Below, in pieces: positions 27,601 through 42,532 of a DNA stretch of 64,000 bases. The translations under genes and the position numbers were made by a program. The stretch spans positions 241,614,001-241,678,000 of the forward strand of contig OZ024741.1 of NCBI GenBank assembly GCA_964016885.1, given 5' to 3'. Position 1 is the stretch's first letter. Every line of letters begins with the position of its first letter. The notes beneath the pieces are model-generated. The model was given only the letters and a program-made list of their open reading frames with translations. It did no database searches and was not told the DNA's origin. Source of the DNA: Eledone cirrhosa (Eukaryota).

Positions 27601-30600
27601 TGTAGTGGTAGTGGTGATGTACTGGTGGTGGTGTTATAGTGGTAGTGGTGTTGTACTGGTGGTGGTCTTGTAGTGGTAGTGGTGTTGTACTGGTGGTGGT
27701 GTTGTAGTGGTAGTGTTGTTGTACTTGTGGTGGTGTTGCAGTGGTAGTGGTGTTGTACTTGTGGTGGTGTTGCAGTGGTAGCGGTGCTGTACTTGTGGTG
27801 GTGTTATAGTGGTAGTGGTGTTGTACTGGTGGTGGTGTTGTAGTGGTAGTCGTGTTGTACTTGTGGTGGTGTTGTAGTGGTAGTGGTGTTGTAATGGTTG
27901 TGGTGTTGTTTTGGTAGTGGTGTTGTACTTGTGGTGGTGTTGTAGTGGTAGTGTTGTTGTAGTGGTGGTGGTGTTGTAGAGCTGTTGTACTTGTGGTGGT
28001 GTTGTAGTGGTAGTGGTGTTGTACTGGCGGTGGTGTTATAGTGGTAGCCGCGTTGTACTGGTGGTGGTGTTGTAGTGGTAGTGGTGTTGTACTACTGGTG
28101 CTGTTGTAGTGTTATTGGTGTTGTACTGGTGGTGGTGTTGCAGTGGTAGTGGTTTTGTACATGTGGTGGTGTTGCAGTGGTAGTGGTGTTGTACATGTGG
28201 TGGTGTTGTAGTGGTAGTGGTGTTGTACTGGTGGTGGTGTTGTAGTGGTCGTGGTGTTGTACTTGTTGTTGTGTTGTAGTGGTAGTGATGTTGTACATGT
28301 GGTGGTGTTGTAGTGGTAGTGGTGTTGTACTGGTGGTGGTGTTGTAGTGGTAGTGGTGTTGTATTTGTAGTGGTGTTGTAATGGTAGTGCTGTTGTACTT
28401 GTGGTGGTGTTGTAGTGGTAGTGGTGTTGCACTTGAGGTGGTGTCGTAGTGGTAGTGGTGTTGTACTGGTGGTGGTATTATAGTGGTTGTGGTGTTGTAC
28501 TGGTGGTGGTGTTATAGTGGTAGTGGTGTTGTACTTGTGGTAGTGGTGTTGTACTGGTGGTGGTGTTGTAGTAGTAGTGGTGTTATACTTGTGGCGGTGT
28601 TGCAGTGGTAGTGGTGTTGTACTTGTGGTGGTGTCGTAGTGGTAGTGGTGTTGTACTGGTGATGGTATTATAGTGGTAGTGGTGTTGTACTGGTGGTGGT
28701 GTTATAGTGGTAGTGGTGTTGTACTTTTGGTGGTGTTGCAGTGGTAGTGGTGTTGTACTTGTGGTGGTGTTGCAGTGGTAGTGGTGTACTTGTGGTGGTG
28801 TTATAGTGGTAGTGAGGTTGTACTGGTGGTGGTGTTGTAGTGGTAGTGGTGTTGTACTGGTGGTGGTGTTGCAGTAGTAGTGGTGTTGTACTGGTGGTGG
28901 TGTTGTAGTGGTAGTGATGTTGTACTTGTGGTGGTGATGTAGTGGTAGTGGTGTTGTACTTGTGGTGGTGTTGCAGTGGTAGTGGTGTTGTACTTGTGGT
29001 GGTGTTATAGTCGTAGTGGTAGTGGTGTTGTAGTGGTAGTGGTGTTGTACTTGTGGTGGTGTTGTACTTGTGGTGGTGTTGTAGTGGTAGTGGTGTTGTA
29101 CTGGTGGTGGTTAAGTTGCAGTGGTAATGTTGTACTGGTGGTGGTGTTGTAGTGGTAGTGGTGTTGTACTGGTGGTGGTGTTGTAGTGGTAGTGGTGTTC
29201 TACTTGTGGTGGTGTTGTAGTGGTAGCGGTGTTGTACTGGTGGTGGTGGTGTTGTGGTGGTAGTGGTGTTGTACTGATGGTGGTTAAGTTGCAGTGGTAA
29301 TGTTGTTGTACTGGTGGTGGTGTTGTAGTGGTAGTGGTGTTGTACTTGTGGTGGTGTTTTAGTGGTAGCGGTGTTGTACTGGTGGTGGTGTTGTAGTGGT
29401 AGTGTGGTTGTACTTGTGGTGGTGTTGTAGTGGTAGCGGTGTTGACTGGTGGTGGTGTTGTGGTGGTAGTGGTGTTGTACTGGTGGTGGTGTTGTAGTGG
29501 TAGTGGTGATGTACTGGTGGTGGTGTTATAGTGGTAGTGGTGTTGTACTGGTGGTGGTGTTGTAGTGGTAGTGGTGTTGTACTGGTGGTGGTGTTGTAGT
29601 GGTAGTGTTGTTGTACTTGTGGTGGTGTTGCAGTTGTAGTGGTGTTGTACTTGTGGTGGTGTTGCAGTGGTAGTGGTGCTGTACTTGTGGTGGTGTTATA
29701 GTGGTTGTGGTGTTGTACTGGTGGTGGTGTTGTAGTGGTAGTGGTGTTGTACATGTGGTGGTGTTGCAGTGGTAGTGGTGTTGTACTGGTTGTGGTGTTG
29801 TAGTGGTAGTGATGTTGTACTGGTGGTGGTGTTGTAGTGGTAGTGGTGTTGTACTGGTGGTGGTGTTGTAGTGGTAGTGTTGTTGTACTTGTGGTGGTTT
29901 TGCAGTGGTAGTGGTGTTGTACTTGTGGTGGTATTGCAGTGGTAGTGGTGCTGTACTTGTGGTGGTGTTATAGTGGTAGTGGTGTTGTACTGGTGGTGGT
30001 GTTGTAGTGGTAGTGGTGTTGTACATGTGGTGGCGTTGCAGTGGTAGTGGTGTTGTACTGGTGGTGGTGTTGTAGTGGTAGTGATGTTGTACTGGTGGTG
30101 GTGTTGTAGTGGTAGTGGTGTTGTACTGCTGGTGGTGTTGTAGTGGTTGATGTGTTGTACTTGTGGTGGTGTAGTAGTGGTAGTGGTGTTGTAATGGTGG
30201 TGGTGTTGTAGTGGTTGTCGTGTTGTACTTGTGGTGGTGTTGTAGTGGTAGTGGTGATGTACTGGTGGTGGTGTTATAGTGGTAGTGGTGTTGTACTGGT
30301 GGTGGTCTTGTAGTGGTAGTGGTGTTGTACTGGTGGTGGTGTTGTAGTGGTAGTGTTGTTGTACTTGTGGTGGTGTTGCAGTGGTAGTGGTGTTGTACTT
30401 GTGGTGGTGTTGCTGTGGTAGCGGTGCTGTACTTGTGGTGGTGTTATAGTGGTAGTGGTGTTGTGCTGGTGGTGGTGTTGTAGTGGTAGTCGTGTTGTAC
30501 TTGTCGTGGTGTTGTAGTGGTAGTGGTGTTGTAATGGTGGTGGTGTTGTTGTGGTAGTGGTGTTGTACTTGTGGTGGTGTTGTAGTGGTAGTGGTGTTGT

Positions 30601-33600
30601 AGTGGTGGTGGTGTTGTAGAGGTGTTGTACTTGTGGTGGTGTTGTAGTGGTAGTGGTGTTGTACTGGTGGTGGTGTTATAGTGGTAGTCGCGTTGTACTG
30701 GTGGTGGTGTTGTAGTGGTAGTGGTGTTGTACTACTGGTGCTGTTGTAGTGGTATTGGTGTTGTACTGGTGGTGGTGTTGCAGTGGTAGTGGTGTTGTAC
30801 ATGTGGTGGTGTTGCAGTGGTAGTGGTGTTGTACATGTGGTGGTGTTGTAGTGGTAGTGGTGTTGTACTGGTGGTGGTGTTGTAGTGGTCGTGGTGTTGT
30901 ACTTGTTGTGGTGTTGTAGTGGTAGTGATGTTGTACATGTGGTGGTGTTGTAGTGGTAGTGGTGTTGTACTGGTGGTGGTGTTGTAGTGGTAGTGGTGTT
31001 GTATTTGTAGTGGTGTTGTAGTGGTAGTGCTGTTGTACTTGTGGTGGTGTTGTAGTGGTAGTGGTGTTGCACTTGTGGTGGTGTCGTAGTGGTAGTGGTG
31101 TTGTACTGGTGGTGGTATTATAGTGGTTGTGGTGTTGTACTGGTGGTGGTGTTATAGTGGTAGTGGTGTTGTACTTGTGGTAGTGGTGTTGTACTGGTGG
31201 TGGGGTTGTAGTAGTAGTGGTGTCATACTTGTGGCGGTGTTGCAGTGGTAGTGGTGTTGTACTTGTGGTGGTGTCGTAGTGGTAGTGGTGTTGTACTGGT
31301 GATGGTATTATAGTGGTAGTGGTGTTGTACTGGTGGTGGTGTTATAGTGGTAGTGGTGTTGTACTTTTGGTGGTGTTGCAGTGGTAGTGGTGTTGTACTT
31401 GTGGTGGTGTTGCAGTGGTAGTGGTGTACTTGTGGTGGTGTTATAGTGGTAGTGAGGTTGTACTGGTGGTGGTGTTGTTGTGGTAGTGGTGTTGTACTGG
31501 TGGTGGTGTTGCAGTAGTAGTGGTGTTGTACTGGTGGTGGTGTTGTAGTGGTAGTGATGTTGTACTTGTGGTGGTGATGTAGTGGTAGTGGTGTTGTACT
31601 TGTGGTGGTGTTGCAGTGGTAGTGGTGTTGTACTTGTGGTGGTGTTATAGTCGTAGTGGTAGTGGTGTTGTAGTGGTAGTGGTGTTGTACTTGTGGTGGT
31701 GTTGTACTTGTGGTGGTGTTGTAGTGGTAGTGGTGTTGTACTGGTGGTGGTTAAGTTGCAGTGGTAATGTTGTTGTACTGGTGGTGGTGTTGTAGTGGTA
31801 GTGGTGTTGTACTGGTGGTGGTGTTGTAGTGGTAGTGGTGTTGTACTTATGGTGGTGTTGTAGTGGTAGCGGTGTTGTACTGGTGGCGGTGTTGTGGTGG
31901 TAGTGGTGTTGTACTGGTGGTGGTGTTGTAGTGGTAGTGGTGATGTACTGGTGGTGGTGTTATAGTGGTAGTGGTGTTGTACTGGTGGTGGTGTTGTAGT
32001 GGTAGTGGTGTTGTACTGGTGGTGGTGTTGTAGTGGTAGTGTTGTTGTACTTGTGGTGGTGTTGCAGTGGTAGTGGTGTTGTACTTGTGGTGGTGTTGCA
32101 GTGGTAGTGGTCCTGTACTTGTGGTGGTTTTATAGTGGTTGTGGTGTTGTACTGGTGGTGGTGTTGTAGTGGTAGTGGTGTTGTACATGTGGTGGTGTTG
32201 CAGTGGTAGTGGTGTTGTACTGGTGGTGGTGTTGTAGTGGTAGTGATGTTGTACTGGTGGTGGTGTTGTAGTGGTAGTGGTGTTGTACTGGTGGTGGTGT
32301 TGTAGTGGTTGTAGTGTTGTACTTGTGGTGGTGTTGTAGTGGTAGTGGTGTTGTAATGGTGGTGGTGTTGTAGTGGTAGTGGTGTTGTACTACTGGTGCT
32401 GTTGTAGTAGTATTGTTGTTGTACTGGTGGTGGTGTTGCAGTGGTAGTGGTGTTGTACATGTGGTGGTGTTGTAGTGGTAGTGGTGTTGTACATGTGGTG
32501 GTGTTGCAGTGGTAGTGGTGTTGTACTTGTGGTGGTGTTGTAGTGGTAGTGGTGTTGTAGTGGTGGTGGTGTTGTAGTGGTGTTGTACTTGTGGTGGTGT
32601 TGTAGTGGTAGTGGTGTTGTACTGGTGCTGGTGTTATAGTGGTAGTCGCGTTGTACTGGTGGTGGTGTTGTAGTGGTAGTGGTGTTGTACTACTGGTGCT
32701 GTTGTAGTAGTATTGTTGTTGTACTGGTGGTGGTGTTGCAGTGGTAGTGGTGTTGTACATGTGGTGGTGTTGCAGTGGTAGTGGTGTTGTACATGTGGTG
32801 GTGTTGTAGTGGTAGTGGTGTTGTACTGGTGGTGGTGTTGTAGCAGTCGTGGTATTGTACTTGTTGTGGTGTTGTAGTGGTAGTGATGTTGTACATGTGG
32901 TGGTGTTGTAGTGGTAGTGGTGTTGTACTGGTGGTGGTGTTGTAGTGGTAGTGGTGTTGTACTTGTAGTGGTGTTGTAGTGGTAGTGCTGTTGTACTTGT
33001 GGTGGTGTTGTAGTGGTAGTGGTGTTTCACTTGTGGTGGTGTTGTAGTGGTAGTGGTGTTGTACTTGAGGTGGTGTTGTAGTGGTAGTGGTGTTGTAGTT
33101 GTAGTGCTGTTGTACTTGTGGTGGTGTTGCAGTGGTTGTGGTGTTGTACTTGTGGTAGTGGTGTTGTACTGGTGGTGGTGTTGTAGTAGTAGTGGTGTTA
33201 TACTTGTGGTGGTATTATAGTGGTAGTGGTGTTGTACTGGTGGTGGTGTTATAGTGGTAGTGGTGTTGTACTATTGGTGGTGATGTAGTGGTAGTGGTGT
33301 TGTACTTGTGGTGGTGTTGCAGTGGTAGTGGTGTTGTACTTGTGGTGGTGTTATATTTGTAGTGGTAGTGGTGTTGTAGTGGTAGTGGTGTTGTACTTGT
33401 GGTCGTGTTGTACTTGTGGTGGTGTTGTAGTGGTAGTGGTGTTGTACTGGTGGTGGTTAAGTTGCAGTGGTAATGTTGTTGTACTGGTGGTGGTGTTGTA
33501 GTGGTAGTGATGTTGTACTGGTGGTGGTGTTGTAGTGGTAGTGGTGTTCTACTTGTGGTGGTGTTGTAGTGGTAGTGGTGTTGTACTTGTGGTGGTGTTG

Positions 33601-34660
33601 TAGTGGTAGCGGTGTTGTACTGGGGGTGGTGTTGTGGTGGTAGTGGTGTTGTACTGATGGTGGTTAAGTTGCAGTGGTAATGTTGTTGTACTGGTGGTGG
33701 TGTTGTAGTGGTAGTGGTGTTGTACTTGTGGTGGTGTTTTAGTGGTAGCGGTGTTGTACTGGTGGTGGTGTTGTAGTGGTAGTGGTGTTGTACTTGTGGT
33801 GGTGTTGTAGTGGTAGCGGTGTTGTACTGGTGGTGGTTTTGTGGTGGTAGTGGTGTTGTACTGGTGGTGGTGTTGTAGTGGTAGTGGTGATGTACTGGTG
33901 GTGGTGTTATAGTGGTAGTGGTGTTGTACTGGTGGTGGTGTTGTAGTGGTAGTGGTGTTGTACTGGTGGTGGTGTTGTAGTGGTAGTGTTGTTGTACTTG
34001 TGGTGTTGTTGCAGTGGTAGTGGTGTTGTACTTGTGGTGGTATTGCAGTGGTAGTGGTGCTGTACTTGTGGTGGTGTTATAGTGGTAGTGGTGTTGTACT
34101 GGTGTTGGTGTTGTAGTGGTAGTGGTGTTGTACATGTGGTGGCGTTGCAGTGGTAGTGGTGTTGTACTGGTGGTGGTGTTGTAGTTTTAGTGATGTTGTA
34201 CTGGTGGTGGTGTTGTAGTGGTAGTGGTGTTGTACTGCTGGTGGTGTTGTAGTGGTTGTCGTGTTGTACTTGTAGTGGTGTTGTAGTGGTAGTGGTGTTG
34301 TAATGGTGGTGGTGTTGTTGTGGTAGTGGTGTTGTACTTGTGGTGGTGTTGTAGTGGTAGTGGTGTTGTAGTGGTGGTCGTGTTGTAGTGGTGTTGTACT
34401 TGTGGTGGTTTTGTAGTGGTAGTGGTGTTGTACTGGTGGTGGTGTTATAGTGGTAGTCGCGTTGTACTGGTGGTGGTGTTGAAGTGGTAGTGATGTTGCA
34501 CTGGTGGTGGTGTTGTAGTGGTAGTGGTCTTATACTTGTGGTGGTGTTGTACTTGTGGTTGTGTTGTAGTGGGAATGGTGTTGTGCTTGTGGTGGTGTTG
34601 TTGTGGTAGTGATGTTGTACTTGTGGTGGTGTTGCAGTGGTTGTGGTGTTGTAGTAGCAA
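15610..34660. repeat. 19-kb satellite of 34-bp GT-rich units with higher-order blocks
   Basis: Unit GGTGGTGTTGTAGTGGTAGTGGTGTTGTACT(T/G)GT; rare variants recur at 1.4-3.0 kb spacing. Confidence 0.95.
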
Positions 34661-34951
34661 TAGTGATATATTGTATTAAATTGTTTTTTTCGTTCTCTTT
34701 CCTAAAGCTCATAGCGCCACACACCACCACCCTCACTCTACACCTCCACACTACCACTCCCTACACACCACCACACTCCCATGCAGACCCCCCCCCCCAC
34801 AAACACACACACTGTCACTCCCTACACACCCACCACCATCACACCCCTCCTCACCCAACCATACATTATCTAAATTGTTAGCAGGGAGTACATCCTTTTT
34901 TTTATTGTGGGTTAAGATAACATGCTGAAGTAGAGGTTTTTATATGAATCT

Positions 34952-35410
34952 GGTGATGGTGGTGGTGGTGGTGGTGGTGAAGGTGGTGGTTGTGGTGGTG
35001 GTGTTGGTGGTGGTGTTGAGGGTGAAGGCGGTGGTGCTGGTGGTGGTGGTGGTGAAGGTGGTGGTTGTGGTGGTGGTGGTGGTGGTGGTGTTGAGGGTGA
35101 AGGCGGTGGTGCTGGTGGTGGTGAATGTGGTGGTTGTGGTGGTGGTGGTGGTGAAGGTGGTGGTGGTTGTGGTGGTGAAGGTGGTGGTTGTGATGGTAGT
35201 GGTGGTCGTGGTTGTGGTGGTGAAGGTGGTGGTTGTGGTGGTGGTGGTAGTGTTGAGGGTGAAGGCAGTGGTGGTGGCGGTGGTGATCGTGGTGGTGGTT
35301 GTGGTGGTGAAGGTGGTGGTGGTTGTGGTGGTGAAGGTGGTGGTGGGTTTGATTTAGTGATGGTGATGGTGTAGATGGTGTGGTTGATGTAGTGATGGTG
35401 GTGGTGTTGT
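34952..35410. repeat. Degenerate (GTG)n repeat
   Basis: GTG trinucleotide runs with AAG interruptions. Confidence 0.9.
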
Positions 35411-35799
35411 GAGACTAAAGCAGTGGTTATAGAAATGGTGGTGGCAGAGTGGCAGTATTATGATAAAGTTTAAAGTGATAGGGATGTTTCAAGATTGTAA
35501 TTACCTTTTCCCTCATATTTTTTACTAACCCCCATAAAAAACAGGCACACATCCCAATACCTTACCTGAGCCCCCAGGGTGGTGAAAAATATGTTGTGCA
35601 ATATTTTTCTCCAATTTAAATTCCACAATGTAAATTGCACTTTAATGCCATCCCAATTACCATTGTTCTTTTGTTGTTGTCATCATTTCTTCATCATATA
35701 GCCTGATCACCATTACACATCATCACTAACACATTACCATCATTATGGCATCATCTACACATAATCACACCTCATTATCATTGTCACAACAGCACCATG

Positions 35800-38700
35800 G
35801 CATCAGCAATGCACAAACACACGTCACCATCACCACACGTCATCATCACAACATCACTATCATATCAACAACAGACATCACACATCATCACCATCACAAT
35901 CAGAACATCACCATCACCACACATCCTCATCATCAGAACATCACTATCATATCAACAACACACATCACACATCATCATTATCACCATCACAATCAGAACA
36001 TCACCATCACCACACATCCGCATCACAACATCACTATCATATCTACAACACACATCACGCATCATCACCATCACCATCACAATCAGAACATCACCATCAC
36101 AACAGCATCATCACAACATCACCATCATATCAACAACACACATCACGCATCACCACCATCACCATCACAATCAGAACACCACCATCACAACAGCATCATC
36201 ACAACATCACCATCACAACATCATACATCACACATCATCATGATCATCACAACATCATCATCACAACATCACCATCACCACACATCATCATCACAACATC
36301 ACCATTATATCAACAACACACATCACACATCATCACCATCACCATCACCATCACAATCAGAACATCACCATCACAACAGCATCATCACAACATCACCATC
36401 ATATCAACAACACACATCACGCATCATCACCATCACCATCAGAACATCACCATCACAACATCACCATCATATCAACAACACACATCACACATCATCACCA
36501 TCACCATTGTATCAACAACACACACATCATCATCATCATCACAACATCACCATCACAACATCATCATCACAACATCACCATCACAACATCACACACATCA
36601 TCATGACCATCTCAACATCATCATCACAACATCACCATCATATCATCACAATCACAACATCACCATTATATCAACAACACACATCACACATCACCATCAC
36701 AACATCACCATCACACATCACAACATCACCACCACAGCATCATCACAACATCACCATCACAATATCACCATCACAACATCACCTACACAACATCGTCATC
36801 ACAACATCACCATCAAAACATCATCATCACAACATCACCATCACAATATCACCATCACAACATCACCTACACAACATCGTCATCACAACATCACCATCAA
36901 AACATCATCATCACAACATCACCTACACAATATCACCATCACAACATCACCATCACAATATCACCATCACAACATCACCTACACAACATCGTTATCACAA
37001 CATAACCATCAAAACATTGTCATCACAACATCACCATCACAATATCACCATCACAACATTACCTACACAACATCGTTATCACAACATCACCATCAAAACA
37101 TTGTCATCACAACATCACCATCACAATATCACCATCACAACATCACCTACACAACATCGTCATCACAACATCACCATCAAAACATCATCATCACAACATC
37201 ACCTACACAATATCACTATCACAACATCACCTACACAACATCATCATCACAACATCACCTACACAACATCGTCATCACAACATCACCAACACAACATCGT
37301 CATCACAACATCACCATCAAAACATCATCATCACAACATCACCTACACAACATCGTCATCACAACATCACCATCAAAACATCGTCATCACAACATCACCA
37401 TCACAATATCACCATCACAACATCACCTACACAACATCGTCATCACAACATCACCATCAAAACATCGTCATCCAACATCACCATCACAATATCACCATCA
37501 CAACATCACCTACACAACATCGTCATCACAACATCACCATCAAAACATCGTCATCCAACATCACCATCACAATATCACCATCACAACATCACCAACACAA
37601 TATCACCATCACAACATCACCTACACAACATCGTCATCACAACATCACCATCAAAACATTGCCATCACAACATCACCATCACAATATCACCATCACAACA
37701 TCACCATCACAACATCACCATCACAATATCACCACCACAACATCCCCTACACAACATCGTCATCACAAATCACCATCACAATATCACCATCACAACATCA
37801 CCTACACAACATCGTCATCACAACATCACCATCACAATATCACCATCACATCACCTACACAACATCGTCATCACATCACCATCAAAACTTTGTCATCAAA
37901 ACATCACCATCACAATATCACCATCACAACATCACCTACACAACATCGTCATCACAACATCACCATCAAAACATCGTCATCACAACATCACCTACACAAT
38001 ATCACCATCGCAACATCACCTACACAACATCGTCATCACAACATCACCTACAAAACATCGTCATCACAACATCACCATCACAACATCACCATCACAACAT
38101 CACCTACACAACATCGTCATCACAACATCACCATCAAAACATTGTCATCACAACATCACCATCGCAATATCACCATCAAAACATCACCATCACAACAGCA
38201 CCATCAAAACATCACCATCACAATATCACCATCACAACATCACCTGCACAACATCGTCATCACAACATCACCATCAAAACATCGTCATCACAACATCACC
38301 ATTACAATATCACCATCACAACATCACCAACACAACATCGTCATCACAACATCACCATGAAAACATCGTCATCACAACATCACAATATCACCATCACAAC
38401 ATCACCAACACAACATCGTCATCACAACATCAAAACATCGTCATCACAACATCACCTACACAATATCACTATCACAACATCACCTACACAACATCATCAT
38501 CACAACATCACCTACACAACATCGTCATCACAACATCACCAACACAACATCGTCATCACAACATCACCATCAAAACATCATCATCACAACATCACCTACA
38601 CAACATCGTCATCACAACATCACCATCAAAACATCGTCATCACAACATCACCATCACAATATCACCATCACAACATCACCTACACAACATCGTCATCACA

Positions 38701-40860
38701 ACATCACCATCAAAACATCGTCATCCAACATCACCATCACAATATCACCATCACAACATCACCTACACAACATCGTCATCACAACATCACCATCAAAACA
38801 TCGTCATCCAACATCACCATCACAATATCACCATCACAACATCACCAACACAATATCACCATCACAACATCACCTACACAACATCGTCATCACAACATCA
38901 CCATCAAAACATTGCCATCACAACATCACCATCACAATATCACCATCACAACATCACCATCACAACATCACCATCACAATATCACCACCACAACATACCC
39001 TACACAACATCGTCATCACAACATCACCATCACAATATCACCATCACAACATCACCTACACAACATCGTCATCACAACATCACCATCACAATATCACCAT
39101 CACATCACCTACACAACATCGTCATCACAACATCACCATCAAAACTTTGTCATCAAAACATCACCATCACAATATCACCATCACAACATCACCTACACAA
39201 CATCGTCATCACAACATCACCATCAAAACATCGTCATCACAACATCACCTACACAATATCACCATCGCAACATCACCTACACAACATCGTCATCACAACA
39301 TCACCTACAAAACATCGTCATCACAACATCACCATCACAACATCACCATCACAACATCACCTACACAACATCATCATCACAACATCACCATCAAAACATT
39401 GTCATCACAACATCACCATCGCAATATCACCATCAAAACATCACCATCACAACAGCACCATCAAAACATCACCATCACAATATCACCATCACAACATCAC
39501 CTGCACAACATCGTCATCACAACATCACCATCAAAACATCGTCATCACAACATCACCATCACAATATCACCATCACAACATCACCAACACAACATCGTCA
39601 TCACAACATCACAATATCACCATCACAACATCACCAACACAACATCGTCATCACAACATCAAAACATCGTCATCACAACATCACCTACACAATATCACCA
39701 TCACAACATCACCTACACAACATCGTCATCACAACATCACCTACACAACATCGTCATCACAACATCACCATCACAACATCACCATCACAACATCACCTAC
39801 ACAACATCGTCATCACAACATCACCATCAAAACATCGTCATCACAACATCACCATCACAATATCACCATCACAACATCACCTACACAACATCGTCATCAC
39901 AACATCACCTACACAACATCGTCATCACAACATCACCATCACAACATCACCATCACAACATCACCTACACAACATCGTCATCACAACATCGCCATCAAAA
40001 CATCGTCATCACTACATCACCATCACAATATCACCATCACAACATCACCTACACAACATCGTCATCACAACATCACCTACACAACATCGTCATCACAACA
40101 TCACCATCACAACATCACCATCACAACATCACCTACACAACATCGTCATCACAACATCACCATCAAAATATCGTCATCACAACATCACCATCACAATATC
40201 ACCATCACAACATCACCTACACAACATCGTCATCACAACATTACCTACACAACATCGTCATCACAACATCACCATCACAACATCACCATCACAACATCAC
40301 CTACACAACATCGTCATCACAACATCACCATCAAAATATCGTCATCACAACATCACCATCACAATATCACCATCACAACATCACCTACACAACATCGTCA
40401 TCACAACATTACCTACACAACATCGTCATCACAACATCACCATCACAACATCACCATTACAATTTTAGCATCAGAATATCACTATCAAAACATCATACCA
40501 TCATCATCACATCACCATCACAATATCACCAACACAACATCATCATTACAACTTTGTCATCATCATCATCACCATCTAAAGATCATCATCACAACATCAT
40601 CATCATCACCATATCACCATCACATCACCGCCACAACATCACTATCAAATTTCCACCAGCACATCACCACTACCACAACATCTTCATCACAACATCACAT
40701 TTTCACTATATCACATCATCACCACCACAACATCACCACCTCAACAACATAACATCATCATCACAACATTGCCATCACAACATAACCATCACAACCTCAT
40801 ATCATCCCCTCACATCACTCCCATCATATCACTGTCATATCTCCAGAAACATCACCACAC
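35800..40860. repeat. 14-bp ACAACATCACCATC satellite
   Basis: 14-bp unit and variants; a block near 37200-38400 is repeated 1253 bp downstream (TCATCCAAC at ~37468 and ~38721). Confidence 0.9.
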
Positions 40861-40865
40861 AGCAT

Positions 40866-40990
40866 TATCTGGGTTCAAATCCCGCCGAGGTTAACTTTGC
40901 CGTTCATCCTTACGGGGTCGATAAAATAAAGTACCAGTAACGTACTGGGTAATTGGTGGCCTTGTGCTAAAAGTAGAAACAATTATCATT
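40866..40990 (+). mobile_element. tRNA-derived SINE (family A), 5' truncated
   Basis: CTGGGTTCAAATCCCGCCGAGGTTAACTTTGCC...AAAATAAAGTACCAGTAA...AAAAGTAGAAAC. Confidence 0.8.
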
Positions 40991-41724
40991 TCACAATGTC
41001 ACCATGGAAGCCTCTACATGTTCATTTACCTTGCTAGAAATAGCAGCCAGATCTCCATCAAATCAACTGAAATAAAGGCCAGGTTGGAAAATATGTGTCT
41101 GGTTACCCTGCACAAAAAAAAAAAAGCCACAATCGTCATGAAAGAAATGCTTTTGATCATATGTCTACAGAATCAGGGTTGATACAGAGCATACAATAAT
41201 ACAAACATGATCATCATCATCATAGTTGTCATGATGATGATCATCATCATCATGATCTTGATTATTGGCATCATCATCATCATCATTATCATCATCACCA
41301 TCACCACCACCACCACCACCGCCACAACCATATGTAAACTACATAATCACTGCAATAATCATATTAAGTGTTGTTTAGAATTGAACTTCTCACTGTCTCG
41401 TGAATTCGCTTAATCAACACCCAATTTAGCAATTCTCTTTTTCTTTGATTTGGAACACGATAATGGTTGTAGAGGCGGTGGTGGTGGTAGTAGTAGTAGT
41501 AGTAGTGGGGGGGGGGGGGGGGTTAGTGATGTTGTATAGTTGCTGTTAATATCATTGATTCTGTCCTTTTATACAAGTCTGTGCCTGTTTATATACATAT
41601 ATACTATATATATATGTATATATATGCATGTAGATTTATATATATATAAATATACACATATATATACATATATATATATATACACATATATATATATATG
41701 TGTGAGTGTGTGTATATATATACA

Positions 41725-41808
<84 letters not shown>

Positions 41809-41817
41809 TGTGTGTAT

Positions 41818-41851
<34 letters not shown>

Positions 41852-41857
41852 GTAGAA

Positions 41858-41960
41858 GAAAGAGTCAAAGCTTGACACCTGAGCTCTTTTGACAGTTAGT
41901 TCCAGTCTGGAAATAGCTGTCAAAATGGCAAGAGCTCAGTCATCAGGCCCTGATTCTTTC
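41858..41960 (-). other. Decayed hammerhead-like fold-back element
   Basis: Minus strand: outer stem GAAAGAATCAGGGC/GCTTTGACTCTTTC, CTGATGA core, long stem II (CTGAGCTCTT...AAGAGCTCAG); GAAA box missing. Confidence 0.45.
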
Positions 41961-42084
41961 TAATATAGTCAAACATGGCGAGGAGGGTGATTTTCGACAC
42001 CCTGCAGGACAAAAAACGTGACAAGGGACAGAAGAACTCATAAGAGTCAACAGCCATTCGAAAGTGTGTAAATATGTATATACA

Positions 42085-42330
42085 CATGACCGTGCAGTTA
42101 AACCACTGGGAGGGAAGGACCCCTAGCCTTTGTCAGGGCATTCTTCTAGGAGAAGGCAAGTCAGGAAACTGGGATAACTCCGATATAAAACCTGCGGCTC
42201 AGTAGTTACCGATGATGTTGATCTTTTCTTCTTTTCGGGTTATAGCTACTGTCACTCAGAGAGTGGGATTGGCTCAGTGCACAGTCTTTCCTCACTTTAA
42301 AAAATATCTTCATGCACAGGCATTGCACGA
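42085..42330 (+). mobile_element. Dispersed repeat, possibly RTE-type 5' region
   Basis: CCCTAGCCTTTGTCAGGGCATTCTTCTAGGAGAAGG...ACTCCGATATAAAACCTGC...GAGAGTGGGATTGGCT matches the reverse complement of 60490-60698. Confidence 0.55.
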
Positions 42331-42335
42331 TAGAA

Positions 42336-42532
42336 TTAATTAATTGTTTCTACTTTTGGCACAAGGCCAGCAATCACCTGGTACATTACTGGTACTTTAT
42401 TTTATCGACCCTGTAAGGATGAAAGGCAAAATTAACCTTGGCGGGATTTGAACTCAGAATGGAAAGGGCCATAACTCTATGTGTCAAAGCATGACGTCCG
42501 ACCCTCTACCGATACTGCCAATCCACCGCCCA
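42336..42532 (-). mobile_element. tRNA-derived SINE (family A), near full length
   Basis: Reverse complement of family A including tRNA-like head (GGCGGTGGATTGGCAGTATCGGTAGAG...GAGTTCAAATCCC). Confidence 0.85.

Noticed and set aside
12985-34660. 31-37 bp repeats as a CRISPR array
   Set aside because: Contiguous units with no unique spacers, no cas genes, eukaryotic context.
15610-34660. Telomeric repeat tract
   Set aside because: No TTAGGG arrays; internal position flanked by SINE and unique DNA.
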